From Balanoglossus misakiensis (taxonomy: Eukaryota; Animalia; Hemichordata): a DNA stretch of 64,000 nt. A model generated the notes under the pieces. It was given only the letters and a program-made list of their open reading frames with translations, was not told the DNA's origin and searched no databases. The stretch is taken from the NCBI GenBank assembly GCA_040954595.2, contig CM082588.2:7153847-7217846 (forward strand), in the 5' to 3' direction. Positions 26,901 to 38,900 of the stretch are shown piece by piece. Position numbers and translations under genes: made by a program. Numbering within the stretch: the first letter of the stretch is position 1; the number at the start of each line of letters is the position of its first letter.

Positions 26901-29900
26901 CACTTGCACGATTCACAAACCAAATTCACCACCAATATACACTATACTCACAGTTATTAGTAAATTCCATGTTTCAAGTTCTGCGTCGTACCATCGTAAC
27001 TGTTTATACTGAATTGCAATGTTGTACATGGCAGACAAATTATCAAAATTGTCCTGTAGAGCCTTGGAGAAGTGATGAATAGATGTCTGGTGTTTGCTCT
27101 TTAATTAAAAACAAAATCAAATAAGTATTCTCGCCAAAATGAATCATCGGTCTCTACTGTTTATTCATTTTGGCAAGATTTTTATTCTCATATCCTACAA
27201 ATGGGATGGAAGTTGTGTGTGGTCGTCGCGCTGCATGGGTGTCCCCCTTGATGAGAATATGTCCTCCCATACCAGCGCAAACCCCACTGCAGTTGCCACA
27301 ACCTACTAGGATATTCAGATGCTGTCATGCCCAGTCTACACTACAGTTGGCTGCTTCGTTCATTCTAAGAATTCTCTAATTTCAGGGATTTGTGGATGAA
27401 TTGTAATGTTTATAAACAAACGCGGCGCGACGACCCCTTCACTTTAAAACTCAATAAAGAAAGACTTCTTTTATCTTGGATTGGATTGGAAATTTTACCT
27501 GTTTAGCTAAACAGCATCCCAATAACGTCTCAACCATGGATGAATATTGTGGAGTTGCACCAACAGAAGCTGTTGTTTCTAGAATGTTTTGTAAAATGTA
27601 GGTTGGTCCTTGGAAATGTCCATCTTGATATTGCAGATATGCTGAAATGAGAACAATATAGGAGGTGATCTTTGAAATGTGAAAACAACTACTCAACGCA
27701 TAGCTAAACCAACAAATAAACAGTGAAATTAAATTAATAAAATAACTTCATCAATTAATTCAAATTCAATCAATCATTTATTTATAATTTTACAAAGCCA
27801 CATTTATTTTAATATAACATGGAAACACTGACAAACACTGCGTTTTCACAAAATTCAGCATCTGAACATTTATGTGAAGTTACTTTGGAACAAAATCACA
27901 ATCCATTCACATTAATTTCTCTACACAAATGGGACTAAGTGTCATAGTATGATAAATTACAAAGTAAGATTTCGGATTTCTAGTTCTCCATACCTTGCAT
28001 GTATTTTGCAGTCAGCCATAATGCTATGTGGTTTGAATTCTTGGGGAAATTTGCACTCATTTCCTTACAGCCAGACTTGTCTCCTTTACTGTAGTGATTC
28101 CATAATTGGACGAGCTTCAACACATCAAATACGAAATTATCTGCAAAACAAAAACGGAAAACAGTATGTTATTACTATTGTGTATCTATTTTTTGTGAAA
28201 TTTCAGGCTACTTCCATCTTATGAGGAAATTGAATTAAAATAGAAAACTGGCATCTATTTTAATCTTACCCATCTACACATTACTTTTTACTGAAACAAT
28301 ATGCACAGTGACCCTCGTTTTTTTTCTTGCTTATAAAGTTTACAATTATTTTGATCAAATACTACATAGCCAATAATTTGCCAAGTGTTTGAAAACCAAA
28401 GCCAAACAAACAACAGTAGCACGGCAAATGAACTATAGGGGGCGCTAGTGACCTTAGCACGCCATCACAGGTGGTTTTCAGGTTGCCAAATTTTATTGAT
28501 TCGTTGAGACAAATAGACAATTGGTGACCATAACGACCGATTATACAAAAATAAAGAACTGTATTTCACGTTCATATCTGGTTCAGCTTTTACCTCAGAC
28601 TTGTGTTGTCATTTGTAATTAAATTTAGACCTGTCGTATTTTTAGCGGATATTATTCCATTAAAATTTTTGATAAAAATGTTTTTTTATTTTTTATTTAT
28701 GAGTCATGTGCCCCATATTTTCTTTCATCAATGTCGAACAGTAACACGGCAGGACATTTGAAACAATGTCTGTACACACACAAAACAACTTGAAGGACCA
28801 TTCATGCAAATACGCTTATTGACTTTGTCCAATCTCCAAGGACTTCACCAAGGCCAAAGTTATTTTCAGTACAAAAGTCTTGCGCTGTCCTTGTCTTGTT
28901 AAGGACAGGTGATAGGAATACGAAATCTTATGTAAACTACACCTTCATCTTTACATGACCGTCACATACTAGCAAACAATGTGTACTTGCAAACAGTTTG
29001 TCAAAACTACTGGTACGCTCAATAACCCCAATAACTTCTGGCTATTATTTCGGTATTTTACTTACATATCAACTCCGGTTACTTGTTCTACTCTGGATAG
29101 CTTTATCAAATATTCAGGCTTTAGCTTCTCAACGAAAAGCCTGTATATATGTGTCATGGACATCCAATGTAAAAGCACCTTGCTGAACCTCACAGCACAT
29201 TAAAGGAAAAACCATGAACAAGTATCGCACACAGTGACTAGTAAGTTCCTCCTCATCTGGGCTTTAAGAAATATACACATGTATATTTTTGGGATTTCAG
29301 ACTGCAATCATTGACAGAAAACTAGAATTTCTGAAAGTGTCTGTCTGTGTGTGCTTTGTATAATTTTGGTTTTCAATGACAGACTTTGGATACACTAATG
29401 CAGAGTCTTTATGTTGTAAACATCTCTCAGAAATGTAACTGAGCTCAAGGGTAGCCAACCAAATTTCAAATATTGGTGACACAATCCAGTGGGTATAGTG
29501 TTTAACTGGAGTTGGTTCCCTTTCAGGGAAAAGAAGTGAGTTGTTTTTGCCTGCTGCCATTTGTTACTGACCTCTACACACGGTCACATCAGCGACCTTG
29601 GTCTATACCTACAACATCATCCATGTTGTTATAATTACATAATGTACATACAACTAACATGGTTCAAGATGTACTGGTACATTTGACGTATATCATCCAT
29701 ACCTGGCATGATGAGATCAATGTATACAAAATAGCACACATTTTGTTCTGATTTTACACCACATAAATGGATAGTTCTGAAGAGAAAAGGTGCACCCAGT
29801 ACATTTCATGAAGACATCTATTACGTCCAGTGTAAAATGTTTATGAACAATGTATACATTGCCCTGAGCAGCTAAGGATAAGGACAGGTTAAGGTCAAGC

Positions 29901-32900
29901 TATGTAGTTGACCATGATACAAGCAAACATTGATCAATTGTTGCACACATGTACAAAGCAGCATTGTGAATGGGTTATGTAATGACTGGGGGGTAGGTAG
30001 AAGACTTGGCACCCATTTCTCAGTTAGTTCCAAAACCATCCTAGTCATGAGAAGCAGTCATGTCGTTTCGGAAAATGAGGTTCGACAGTCTGATTATCGT
30101 TCTGTGCAGTTTTGCCATCCAGTATCTGTCCATAGGCAGTATGATCTCAACGAGCATCTTCTACATCGAGTTCAAAGATTATTTCCAAGAAAGGGCCAGC
30201 ACTACCGCGTGGATCAACTCGGTTTCTGTGAGTGTGTGCTCTCTTACAGGTAGGTGTTAAAGTTAGATTTTATTGACCTGCTGAATTTTCATCTCTCTCT
30301 CTCTCTCTCTCTCCAACACATCCAATTGTTTTCCATTTTGATACATGAAAACAAAAAGAAACATTGTCTTATAGTTTACGTCTCTCAGTGAATTGGAGGA
30401 AAATACTTGTATCCTGTTTCGGCTTTCCCTTCGATATAAAACGGCCATTCACTGTAACTTTCTCACTGTTCGATATTGTTTTGATCAAACTATTAAAATT
30501 TTCAGCAAAATATCAAAAATTTATGTCTTTGTAGACAGCATATTAAACTCATTCAACTTTTTCACATTTTGTTACATTTTTTCTGTAACAGAATGACCCA
30601 GTATAGCTTGTGAACTTCCATTTCTTAAACATGCCAAAAATCGGCCATCTTGAAAATGTGTCGATTATGAGATTTTCATCACTCACCTAGGTAGCAAAAA
30701 CCTATTTAATGTAGCGAGAATTGGGAAACATTTAGTTTATTTCTATTGATTTGTTTTGTTCTGTTTTTTACCTGCAGGACCAAGAGAATGTGTGAACATT
30801 TATAAATTTGTGTTGTTCTGTTTTTACCTACAGGTCCAATTGCTAGTATGCTTGTGAACAGATACTGTGTAAGGACTGTTGCAGTTATGGGCGGAGTTTT
30901 AGCAACGGTTGGGATGTTTCTCAGTGTTTTTGCAAATCATATTGCAATGCTGTATTTAACCATCGGAATAATGACAGGTATTTCACCATGGTTACTCATC
31001 TCAATCAATAATGGAACAGTACAACCACTGTTTGCTATTTTTTAGTATTTATGTTTTGTGTGTCAAATGTACTTGGCATTTTCTTTCATACAAATAAGCA
31101 ATTTGATATTAATAATATTTAATGTTAAAGGTCCAACAGCTGCCATTTTTTCATTTTTTATGATTTCAATTTTCGAACATAGATTTTAGTGATTTAACAG
31201 GTGGGTATACACCAACATATTATCAACCTCTGATTTTGGCTGTATATGTAAATATAAACAAGTTAACTAATAAATGAGTGCCACACTCATTTATTCAGCT
31301 GACCCTTGCAAGAGTAATAACTATAATAGCATAAGCACATGGTATTAAGATCCCCATAAAGTCAAAATACACTGTGATGTCATTTGTCGACTAAGGATAA
31401 GGAGAAGATTTACGTATTTCATATGGTAAAAGCGGCAGCTATTGGAGCTTTAAACAGATGTTCAAATGGCAAAAATGTTCCGCCTATACACTCCTATAGC
31501 CTCAGGTTACATCTATTGAAGACAGCATATTGACATTTTTAACAAAATATAGAATTTTCTCTTCTGACAGGTATGGGCTATGGTTTGTCATACGGTCCCA
31601 GTATAGTGATCATCAGACAATATTTTGACAAATACTACAGTACTGTCAATGGATTAGCGGCTACCGGAGTTGCCGTCGGAATAATGGTATTCCCACCCCT
31701 CTACCAGATTTTGATTGACAATTATGGATGGAGAGGAGCTCTCCTGATTATTGCTGGCATTAATTCTCACGTCATTATCTGCGGTCTTTTGATGCGAGAC
31801 AAAAAAGACGGTGATCAAGAAAAAGTTGCGAGCAAAGAACAAATGCGTTTGCAAAGCAACGCCCACAAACCCCAACAACAAGAATCTGACAGTGATGAAA
31901 ATTCCGGCCTCTTTGCGAATCCGGATTGGACTGCGTCATCCGAGATCCGGAAAGTAGACGTTGTTATCGACTGTGGGGAAAATGTGAACGACAGCATCAC
32001 GAATATTAAATGCAGAATTTCTGAAGAGAGAGGAAACGGACCTGGAGAAAAACGTACGACACTTCGGCAAGTCTGTGATGGAATAACCAGGCTTTTTGCC
32101 TGTCCGTACACTGTAGTCATGTGCGCTGTGGCTTTTCTGTCCGGCTTTGGTTTCCTCACGGGCATGATTCACTTTCTGGCCAAAGTCGTCGATTCGGGAA
32201 TCTCCACGCTGGACGCGTCGTTCCTCATCACGATCAACGGCATGTGTACGCTGCTCGGCAAGCTCTTCAACGGACTCATGGTGGACTTAGCGAACCTCTC
32301 ACCAGACTTAGTCTTTGGCAGCCATCTTTTCTTCACAGCCATATCGCTGCTACTCATCCCCTTTGCAACCAGCTACGCCGAATACGCCATTCTCTCTGGC
32401 GTATTCGGCTACGCGTCGGGAGTCTACTTTGGGATAATTCCGGTCTGTCTGAACCGTCACATGACTCTCGAGAACTCAACGAATGCCCTGGGTTGGATAT
32501 TTTTCTGTTGCGGTATTGGGAACTTTCTCGGCCCACCCTCTGCAGGTACGTGACATAGTCATTGTCCCTTTAATGTCATGAATGGGTTAAAGGGGAAGTT
32601 CAGTCTAGCTGAGTAAGTTGTTGAAGCCCTAGAATAGAGGGTGTTCCCATTCTACTTTTTCAGATAGAGGGTTTAAAATATTGTGAAAATGCTGAGTCAG
32701 TATCTTTCTTCAAATCCCTATGCTTCAGTTTTTCTGTATCTCAAAGGATCTATCAAAAATTCAAGCATGGTGACATAGGGTTTCCTTTACATCTTTTAAC
32801 AAAGCTACTAATTTTTATGTTAAAGAGACATTAGCTTTAAATTTTGGCTATTCTGTGTACGGAATGCAATTTTCTTGTTCTACTCTAAAGGTCTTGCTAA

Positions 32901-35900
32901 TATTCCCAGTAGCCTGCTTTTCAACATAGCCTTATGTGTGTAATGGCCACTGTTATTGTTGACAAATGAATTATAGTCTGTACTTGAATTCAAATGTTTG
33001 CACAATAATAATTCTGACTATACACATACATGTATAGGGTATGTTAATAAGCTAGATACTGGGCATTTCATCATGCTTCAGTAATTTGAACAATTAACTC
33101 CAGTAGATACAATACTGAAAACATAGGGATAATTTACATCTAATGGAGCTTTAATTATGTTTCTTATTACCACATTAGGTTGGATTTACGACTCATCAGG
33201 AGACTACAACCTTTCGTTCTACATGGCTGGTGGCTTGTTCCTTCTTGCTACCCTGATGATGTCATTGTTTTGTGGATACGAGAAATGTGCATCCAAAATG
33301 AAACCATCTACAAAGAGTGTCAGTTTATAGCGAGCATTCTGTGACCAGCAGAAGTAGATCATGGACATGCGAGAACATTGAAAGAATACATTAAAAGAAT
33401 TTGGAGACGAAAAGACTCTCATACATTCTCTTCAAATGTGTGCGTCAGAGAACGCCGGACCCAAAGCAAACTTTTATCGCGAGAAATGTATGGCGTACTG
33501 TACATTTGAGAATTGAGATACTCTGTCTGTATGGACTTTGAAAACAACAGAGTGCTACTGAACATTAAATCAGACTTTTAGCCTTTTTTTACGTCTAGAT
33601 CTTGTCTGCAAACTATTGTATATTTGATATCAGTTTTTTTAGTTGATTTCATTATTAAAGTAACACTTTCCAAACCTGAACATTTCATTATTTTGTATGG
33701 CAAATAAAACTTTAAAAAACCTAACTAAGATACGACCTTACCACAGAAAACAATGGATTTAGACCAAACTATTATGGTGACATGGTTATGGCCGTGTTTA
33801 CAATGTTCTTGACAATTCTGGCAGGAAATCTATAAAGTATACATTAAATACCACTTGTATACTATATTTGAAACACAAACGATAACTGACACCGTTATCT
33901 GCTTAAAGAAACTCAACCTCTGAACCAAAGGACAGGTACCAGATGATAATTCTGACAAAATCGCGCATAGTCATTGCTTCGATATTTTTTGCTGTCAACC
34001 AAATATTTGAATAACCGAATAATGTAAAGGTCGGTATTGGAGCAGATTAGTTTGGGTGTATGGAACTGTGTCGCATTCGTCTGCATTGCGATTGAGTTCG
34101 TTGTTTGGTCTGAAATTTCAGTTACAGGCACTAACAACTATTACTGGTATATCTGCATGTGTTACTCGATTTAGAGTTCTTTTAGTTTATCAATACATGT
34201 AAGTTGGACATCAGATACTGGACAATTCTATAAAGGCAGACATGGATGAACTGACTTGGCGTAATGTTATGATTGCCATCTCTTCCTTCGCTGTGCAATT
34301 ACTGACGTTCGGCAGCATATCATCTGTGAGTGTCTTTTACTTAGCGTTGAGAAGTTACTTCCAAGAAGATGCGCAGAAAATAACCTGGATGACCTCAATC
34401 TGTCAGGGCACCACACTTATATCAGGTAGGTCACAGACATATATGTACGACTGAAATGTCCAACACAATAACTATATTATTCAGAACTAATTCCGGAATT
34501 TCCGATCATTTTTCATAATTTCCTTTTCGAATTAGATTTTCATCAACAGAAATATTAAGTGTTGCCATCACCTTGATGCAACTGTATCAGATACCAGTCA
34601 GTTCCTTGATATGTTCATATATTTTCTTTTAAAAATCAGCTGAACTGATGTTGCCCTCGCTAACATGTGTTATTATTTGAATAACACATCATCTTTCTTT
34701 TCAACAGGACCTGTGGCAAGTGCATTAATCAGCAAATTTGGAGTCAGGCCTGTTGTTACTGCAGGCGGACTGATACTAACAGGTGGTATTGTGATCAGTA
34801 CTTTTGCAAGTGACATCCGTAGCTTGTATTTTTCATACGGATTGCTGGCAGGTAAATGTAGTTCTGTTTTGTTACTAGATCCCAATATTTACCAACAACA
34901 TTTCTAAATACAAGACAATCTCACAAGCTTAAGTAAAAAAAATTTAAGTGAATTCAATTATACCATGCAGTCCAGAATGAGTACTAGTTCAAAGAAATTG
35001 AAAAAGATACAAAATGAATACCTGTACCCTATTTCCGAAGGGCATAGGAAAGTTTTTTTTTAATTTTGACATAATACCAAATAGACATGCATTCCAGTAT
35101 TGGTAATGCAACATGGCATTTAAAGTTTAGTTTCAAATGTAAAATAATGAAAATAAATGTGAACATTTGCTATAATTTCTCCAAAAACATGCTCTCTCAG
35201 GCTGAATTGTGAAATAATGAAGCTAATCTTTTACTAATCTTACTACAGGTATGGGCAATGGTTTGTCATATGGTCCCGGTATAGTGATCATTAGGCAATA
35301 CTATGAGAAGTACTACAGTACGGTCAATGGATTAGCAGCTACCGGAGTTGCTGTCGGAATTATGGTATTTCCGCCCCTCTACCAGATTTTGATTGACAGT
35401 TATGGATGGAGAGGAGCTCTCCTGATTATTGCCGCCATTAATTCTCACGTCATTATCTGCGGTCTTTTGATGCGAGACAACAGAGAGAGTAATCAAGAAA
35501 AAATTCCAAGAAATAAAGAAAGTCACATTAATGCTGAAACGTCGAAATTTCTGCCAAATGATGTCACCACGAACCACGAAGTCGTCGTTTCCACAGAACA
35601 GGAAAATAAATTTGCGAAAGATTTGACACATAACAGGACATCATCCAGAGAAACTATGCAGAGTCATCCGAGATCTCGACACAACCAGAGTACCGCATAC
35701 TTTGGTTTGAACTTGTTTTGCGCCCCCTTTTTCATCGTAATGTGCTGTGCGACCCTAGTGGTCGGTATTGGCATGTTGACCGCGATGATCTTCATCATTC
35801 CAAAAGCTGTAACGCTCGGTGTGGAACCCCTCAATGCGACTTTTCTGCACACAATAATGGGCATCTGCTCGTTGTTTGGTCGATTATTCCACGGCAGTTT

Positions 35901-38900
35901 GGTAGACTGTGCCAAACTATCTCCAGTGATGGTCTACTGCAGTCATCTGTTTTTAGCCGGAGTGGCCCTGACATTGATTCCTGTGGGCCACACTTATGCT
36001 GTTTTCGCCTTACTCTGGGGAGTCTTTGGTTACAGCATTGGAGTCTACTTTCCGCTCATTCCAGTCACTCTCAGATATAAGCTAGGGGGTCAGCATTTTT
36101 CAAGCGCAGTTGGATGGTCCTATTTGTTTGGGGGCATAGGATCTCTGATTGGCCCACCTGTTGCTGGTAAGTATGCGACCTACAATTTGTGCCTCTGACT
36201 TTCATAAATAGGACAAATATTTGTGCAAGTCACATGAATTATCACTACCTTAAATAGGTGTTTACTACTTAGGTTAGTGATAAAAATCTCACATGTATGA
36301 TAGAATTTCAAGATGGCCGATTTCTATCGTGTTTAATAAATGAGAGTTCAGAAGCTAAATTATTATTGTTAGGCCAAACTGAAATGTCAGCGCTGGAAAA
36401 ATAACAATTATATGAAAAGTTTTATATCTTTTTTCTCTTCTCTTAGGTTTGATATATGATGTCTCTCACAACTATGACCACTGTTTTTTCTTGGCTGGGG
36501 CCTCATACATCATCTCTGCCATCATTGTTGCACTGTACTATGCATACGACAGATGTACATCAAGAATTGAGAGCTTTGATGTACACAGACAGACGGACAA
36601 CCCAGAGAACTCTCATCTGCATTAACCCTTTCACCACCATGGTTCAGTCCAAACCTTTTGTTTTCTACGGTAAGGTTGGACCTCCAAAGAGGAAACTGGG
36701 GGTGAAAGGGTTAACCCGCAACACATCAAGCTGCAAGGAATGAAAACTCTTGGCTGGACAACAGCAGATGCATAAAGTTTATTGGAACCATGGTCTCTGG
36801 GATGCAACTTTATGTTATCAGCTATAAGGCTAAAGAAAGTAGTTTTAGCTTTGCATCCTCATATTTTTTGTATGACATATTTTGACATACCTTGGCTGGA
36901 CTGATTTCCAGATGTTAATGTTATTGTTTGGTTCCCATTTAGTAGTACCATTACTCCAAGCGAGTCCCCATTCTGTAATTCAAAATAACGACATTCAGAT
37001 GAATTTAATAATTTTCAAGGGAGTTATTCATAAACAACCTGATGCTATTGTGCGTTGTGTATTTTCACTGTAAATATAAACTGACAGTGTCAAGTTACGT
37101 TATTCTAACCATTTCACCCCAGTTCTGTCTTCAGAGGTCCAACCTTACCATAGAAAACAATGGGTTTGGACTAAACCATGGTGGTGGAAGGGTTAAAGTT
37201 TGTTATGATGCATTGAATATTGCCAAATTTGCTAAACAGAGTCAGGTTGTGTCGTAAAGAGATGTTGACAATAGAAGACATATGAAACGCAAAGGGGAAA
37301 AAAACTCTGCTAAACACAGCTTTGGTTTCAAATGTAAATAAAGTTCAATTCAGAAAGAATCACTTGTTTTTATCTCAGCGATAATAGGATTACAAATTAT
37401 CAGGATTAACAAAACATGAAATAAAACAAAACAATGTTTATTTTGATTGCCGTCAGCTGTGCAGTAACCACAGGCTTAGTGCCTTTCATCAATGTTTATG
37501 CCGCACAAGGTTATTGAGATTTGTCTACAGGCAAATTTTACCATATGTTTTTCCACAAATCCTATGATATTTGCCTCTAGACAAGATAAAATCTTGGAAA
37601 TGTCTCTTTGAACATGAAATCAATGGCTGTTACTACCAGATTCAAATATTATCTAGTAATATAAAACAAATGTTTTGTCCATTACTATAATCAATTTTCC
37701 ATCTGGCTCAATTTGCCTGTCGGACATCTCACTTACACATGAAAACACATCAAACAGAAACATCTAAACAAAAACAGAAATAGGCAAACTATCAAAAACA
37801 GAAATTGTGATCATCAATCCTCCATTTCATTTACATGTTGGCTTGTGGAGTGACTGGTTTTTATTCTCTGACAAATTATTTGCTGGAAATGTCTGTCGTC
37901 AAGCCACCCAAGGTTATATAAATTTCACCTATCCAACACCAGTTTGGTCTGGTCCAATTATTTTCAAAGTGTGTATATGGACTCATCCATGAGCAAAGAG
38001 GGGTGACCATGTTGAAGTTCACACATTTGGACACTACTCCATCAAACTGACAGTTACAAACTAAACTGTAAAATGAACAGTAGTAGGTTTTAATTACTCA
38101 AACTAATTAGATAATTCTTAGGTTCCAAATTTATATTGAAACACATACACATGCCCGATACACGAACTTGATGACTCGTAGACTGAAAAGTTAATTTGTC
38201 ATTTTATCTTGTTGTGAATCACGGTCAGACAGCTGAGTGATATCAAATTCAATTTCCTTCATATAGTGGTACAATAGCATGCAAACTTGTCAAAGATATT
38301 AAATTGTGCATTTTATCTGAAAATCTGAAATATGTTATCTCACAGCGTTTCAGATAAAAGGATGTTTTGTTCCTGTGTGGTTTATCTCTATCAGTTTTCC
38401 TTCACAATTTTATGAAAGCCTGAATTTTCAGCAACTTTTGATATTTTCATAAAGACCGGTGACTTTGTACAAAAGATGAATAGGACTGAATGAATCAATT
38501 ATCTGTTTATCTAAATCGGTGATTTATGACGTCAGTTGGAGAAAATCTACAGTGGTTGGTTGTTAATGATGTCAGTCTCTGGTATGCGTGAAAAAAGTGC
38601 ATTTGTATGAAAATTCTGTGGGTAACCGTTTATTCATTTTGGACGAGTATTTACTCTCATATCCTACAAACAGGATGGAAGTTGTGCGTGGTTGAACGTT
38701 CATTCACTACATATCCACATGTAGAGTAACATAAACAGTGTCTTGTATCAAACATAATTAATGGAAAAAGGGCAGCAAGAGAGACTTTGTCCCTTTAATG
38801 TCACTTTATGCTTGAGCTGAATAAAAAATACAATACAGTATTTCTTTGATGTACTTGGCTTTAGTCTGACAGCCAAGTACATCAAAGAACTACTGTATTG

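Noticed and set aside
29297-29560. 87-aa minus-strand ORF as a FANCG exon or start
   Set aside because: There is an in-frame stop just upstream and no fitting splice sites; exons 5 and 6 already join in phase without it.
31654-36080. Antisense and alternate-frame ORFs over the SLC16 exons (similarly over the Roco, FANCG and LSM10 exons)
   Set aside because: Shadow ORFs of real coding exons with no independent evidence.
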